A stretch of DNA of 64,000 nucleotides from Coniocarpon cinnabarinum (Eukaryota): positions 1 to 64,000 of the forward strand of contig JAVECO010000045.1 in assembly GCA_051942205.1 (NCBI GenBank), given 5' to 3'. Below, piece after piece: positions 60,145 through 64,000 of the stretch (the stretch's first letter is position 1; each line of letters opens with the position of its first letter). Under the pieces are notes generated by a model. The model was given only the letters and a program-made list of their open reading frames with translations, did no database searches and was not told where the DNA came from. The position numbers were made by a program, and so were the translations under genes.

Positions 60145-62810
60145 ATGGCGCTCGTTCCTGGCCCACTGGTGACTGTTTGTTTACTCTTTCTTCTTGCTCT
60201 TTTCATCTTCGTGACCCTCACACGCAGAGTGCCGCGTGTCGTTGAGCAAATACTGCGCTTTTGCTGGGGCTGTTTCTTTAAACCTCATTCAGGTGACACT
60301 ACTCGAAATCAGCAAGATGCCTTGGAAAGTTTTTACAAAGCTCAAGCGTCCATATATGACGCGACACGCATACGATTACTGCGGGGAAGAGAAGACATGT
60401 TGGGTTTGGTCGCTGCCCAGATGAAAAGAAGGGTAGAGTCTGGTAGCTTGCCGCAGAAACCTGTTTGGATCGATGTCAGTTCAGGCGGAAAAATGTGAAT
60501 GACCATCTCCAGAGCAGCGCTAATCTGATCTATCAGGTCGGAGGCGGAACTGGCTTTAACATCGAACAGATAGCGCAATTTGTTGATGTGTCGAGCTTCT
60601 TCAGCGCAGTATACCTAGTAGATTTATCTCCGTCTCTATGCAGTGTTGCACGAGATAGGTTCATTCGACTTGGTTGGAAGAACGTTCACGTCTTGTGCCA
60701 AGATGCTCGCAATTTCAACTTAGGCGAGCATCATGACAAGAACAGTGCGATCGAGAAGGGCAATCATGACCAGAAAGCAGATGTGATCACCATGTCTTAT
60801 TCCTTATCGATGATCCCAGAGTATTACTCTGTTCTTGACGCTCTATCGACAAGATTGACAGACAACGGTATCATTGGTGTCGCAGACTTCTATGTTCAAA
60901 GCGAGATTGACTTTCGATCCCGAAACTATATTGGTGGGGAAATCAATCGACATTGCATGTGGATCTCTCGGGTGTTTTGGCGTACGTGGTTCGAAGTGGA
61001 TCGTGTTGGTCTGGAAGCTGCTCGAAGAGTGAGTATAGTTTGAGACAAGTTGAGTGCTTGCTGACATTTATAGGATTATCTCGAACATCGCTTTGGGACC
61101 ATCATCACCTTCAATGCTCGCTGCCATCTCTTAGGACTTCGCATTCCTTTTTATGTCTGGATCGGGTGTCCTAGAGAGTCAGTTGCCTCGACCGAGAAGC
61201 TTCGACAACTCAATGCAGCTGTGACCAACACCCCTTTCTTATCTGCCCTGGACGAGCAACAGAAGGAGCTAGTCTTTACGAGTGAAAAGGCAGTAGATGT
61301 TCGTTCAAAGGCATATGACTCAGCAGTCGTCAATCTCGCAGCAAGTTTACCACTGCCATCCACGTGGTATCAAGAACACCATTGGCGTATCTGGTTTGAT
61401 GACACGCTCCAAAAACACCGCCAATTCAATGACAAATACATCTATGCTTTCACTTGGGAGGATGTCAAGGTCGACTCTCGCATTCTCAAGCTTAATGAGG
61501 ACGATGTTGTGCTCGCAATCAGCAGCGCAGGCGACAATATATTGGCGTACGCTTTGGAAAGCCCAAAGCAAATCCATGCTGTCGATCTAAATCCCGCTCA
61601 GAATCATCTTCTGGAACTCAAGTTGGCTGCATTTGCGGCATTACCATATGAAGATGTTTGGCGAATGTTTGGAAAAGGCAAGCATGCTGATTTCCGACAT
61701 TTGCTCATCACGAAGCTCTCACCCCATCTCTCGTCCTTAGCTTTCCAATATTGGCTGCAGCATGGGCCTGCCACCTTTTCGACCTCTGGCTCGGGGCTGT
61801 ATCACACCGGCGGTAGTCAACATGCTCTTAAGATCATTGACTGGCTATTCAGCGTGTTGAATCTGAAGGGAGAAGTCATCCGCCTTTGCAACGCTCAGAC
61901 TCTAGCGGAGCAACGTGAGATTTGGCAACGAGGCTTGAGAAGAGTGATCTTGAGTCGACTCTTGAGTTGGTGTGTAGTAAGCAACACACGATGGCTATGG
62001 AAGGCGCTTGGTGTGCCCAATGCCCAGCGACAAATCATCGAAAAAGACTACGCTCATGCAGAGTTACTGCGTCAGACGCTAGCATCGTCTCCTTCTCCAG
62101 AGATGATGTCACTTGGGTCTCCTATCCTAAGCGAACAACGTGATCCGCTGAGGAGAGCGGAGTCTTTCTCAACATTGAACGGAGACAATAGCTCTTTTAC
62201 AAACGATGAATCCATACATAACTACGGCTCTGGACGCGCTATCTGGTCATACGTTGTCGACACGCTTGATCCGGTTGCCAATCATACCTTGTTGTCTTGC
62301 CAGAATCACTATTATCTCCTCACTCTCCTAGGTCATTATACGCGACAGTGTCATCCCGAATACTTGACTCCACAAGCTCACAGAAAGCTCAGCAGAGCTA
62401 ATGCATTCAACAATGTACGGGTTCACACGGACGATGTGGCTGACGTGATTGAACGCATGCAGCCCCAGAGTCTCACGGTGGCCGTGGTCATGGATAGTAT
62501 GGACTGGTTTGAGGAAGGCGATGTCAAAGCCCAAGCAGAGGTGCGTCGCCAAGTTCAGCTACTATTCCGCGCTTTGAGGACCGGTGGAAGGCTTTTGTTG
62601 AGGAGCGCAGGGTCAACTCCGTGGTACCTACAGATCTTCGAGCAGAGTGGCTTCAAGCCGAAGCGAGTCAACACGCGCACTCCAGGATCATGTGTGGACA
62701 GAGTGAACATGTACCGATCAACTTGGATTTGCACCAAAGTCTTGCCAAGAACACACTCTGCCCTTACAGATCTGTCTTTAGGAGACGGAGCACTGAAAGG
62801 TGAATTGTGA
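60145..62810 (+). CDS. BTA1: Betaine lipid (DGTS) synthase, methyltransferase + DUF3419 fusion; introns about 60475-60536 and 61030-61073
   Basis: QQDALESFYKAQASIYDATR..LLRGRE, WID|VGGGTG, MSYSLSMIP, YIYAFTWED, VDLNPAQNHLLELK, MDSMDWF, DRVNMY. Confidence 0.95.
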
Positions 62811-63123
62811 GCTTGATACGCGAGACGCATGAAATAGAGCGCACGAGTATCCCACCGCAGAAAGGTCGGCTGGTGTTCTCCAAATCCAACGATCGCATTG
62901 CAGTCAACAACGCAAGCGACGCCACATTGGATTGCACTTTCCTTTTGAACGCATCTGCGCTCTTTCCGGTTGCGGGCATGGGAATCGTCCTTTCAAAAAT
63001 TCCGTCAACAGCTTTACTAGAATGAAGATGATAGCTTTCCCACCTTTGCTCACCTTCCAACACGTTACCTACTTTGTTTCATTCCTAGCAGCGTGGGATC
63101 CCTTCTTCCCTTTCGTTGTGGTG

Positions 63124-64000
63124 ATGATGAACCTAGGTCGCTCCTTGCCGCACAAAAGCAGCTCAAACCTGGGGATATGGGACACCAAAGATCACCTCAC
63201 CAGCGATGATTTCGATCACTTATTTCCCAAAGTGCTGAATGCAACGCCAGACATTGAGCCTGCTCCATGGAAAGCGCCTCCAGATGATAACTTGAGTGTA
63301 CACACCGTCGACCAGGCGGAGTGTGCTGTTTTAGAGGCTGCGCCTGAAGAAGCGTTAGTGGATCGCAAGCCAGTTAGCTACCAGGTAGGATGGCGTCAAG
63401 CAGCAATGGAGCTATCATGCAACTTCAGCACTCGCGCTGACACTTCTAGTGCAGAATGCAAGGCATGGCGTGGCAACTCAGCTTGGGCTTGCACGAGACA
63501 CTCAATCTTTAAAAGCGCAGTCCTGCTGGGCAATCAACGCTCTGAAGGAGCCGTCCATACAAACTCCAGCTCGTCCGAGTATTGATGCTCGCATTTCCGA
63601 ACCATCAATGAATATTCTGCGCGAGCTGAAGAATGCTGATGCAGGGCTCTTTGAGAATCAATGGGTCGAGAAATCATTTTCTCATGATGCACGCCTAAAC
63701 AGTATCCCAACATTACGAAAGCGGCCTCCGGAACGAGCCTCGAGGAGTGAAGACTTCATGCCATCGGCAAATTTTGCTGTAGCTGCCAGTTTCGGCGGCA
63801 TAAACGCTCCTGAGAGGCGATCTACAATCTTTGCAACGGCTCCACCAACTCCTTCCCATGATATTGAGAACCCTTTGAGAAACGATCTCAGTATACCCTC
63901 GATCCAACCTTCGGTAGGCATTCCGACTGCTCCAAAGCCACATCAAATACGACTGCGAAGAGCAACCAAGCCATTTGTGCCGAGTAAGCTCATTGAAGAT
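63124..64000 (+). CDS. Unknown protein, truncated by the window end; intron about 63385-63454
   Basis: MMNLGRSLPH...VSYQ|NARHGVAT..., and the second exon stays open to position 64000. Confidence 0.55.

Overview
Eukaryotic, intron-containing DNA from a filamentous ascomycete (Pezizomycotina-type GT..CTRAY..YAG introns, mostly 50-120 nt). It is gene dense. Conserved housekeeping genes are SNT2, a CBS protein, PIC2, an APH-family kinase, a Par32/DUF3602 protein, SNX4, PCNA, ARO4, an SMP-30 lactonase, PRP6, DIM1, HGH1, mL50, IMP3, CSM3, complex I NUXM, a thiolase, a DUF3245-like protein and BTA1. These are interrupted by lineage-specific islands at about 22-26.5 kb, 35.6-36.8 kb, 39.5-40.1 kb, 43-52.2 kb and 58.2-58.9 kb. 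Highlights missed by the ORF track: a three-exon hydrophobin-like protein with 10 Cys and non-canonical spacing; a PCNA start codon split by an intron (A|TG); a BTB pseudogene with an internal triplication; an accessory island full of short tandem duplications; two weakly related 157-aa orphan genes; a long, structured DIM1 intron; and a telomere-repeat palindrome in the mL50/IMP3 bidirectional promoter. I recognised no transposase, rRNA, tRNA or CRISPR. Exon boundaries were read by eye and family calls come from motif recognition, not database searches. I cannot claim a demonstrably new biological system.
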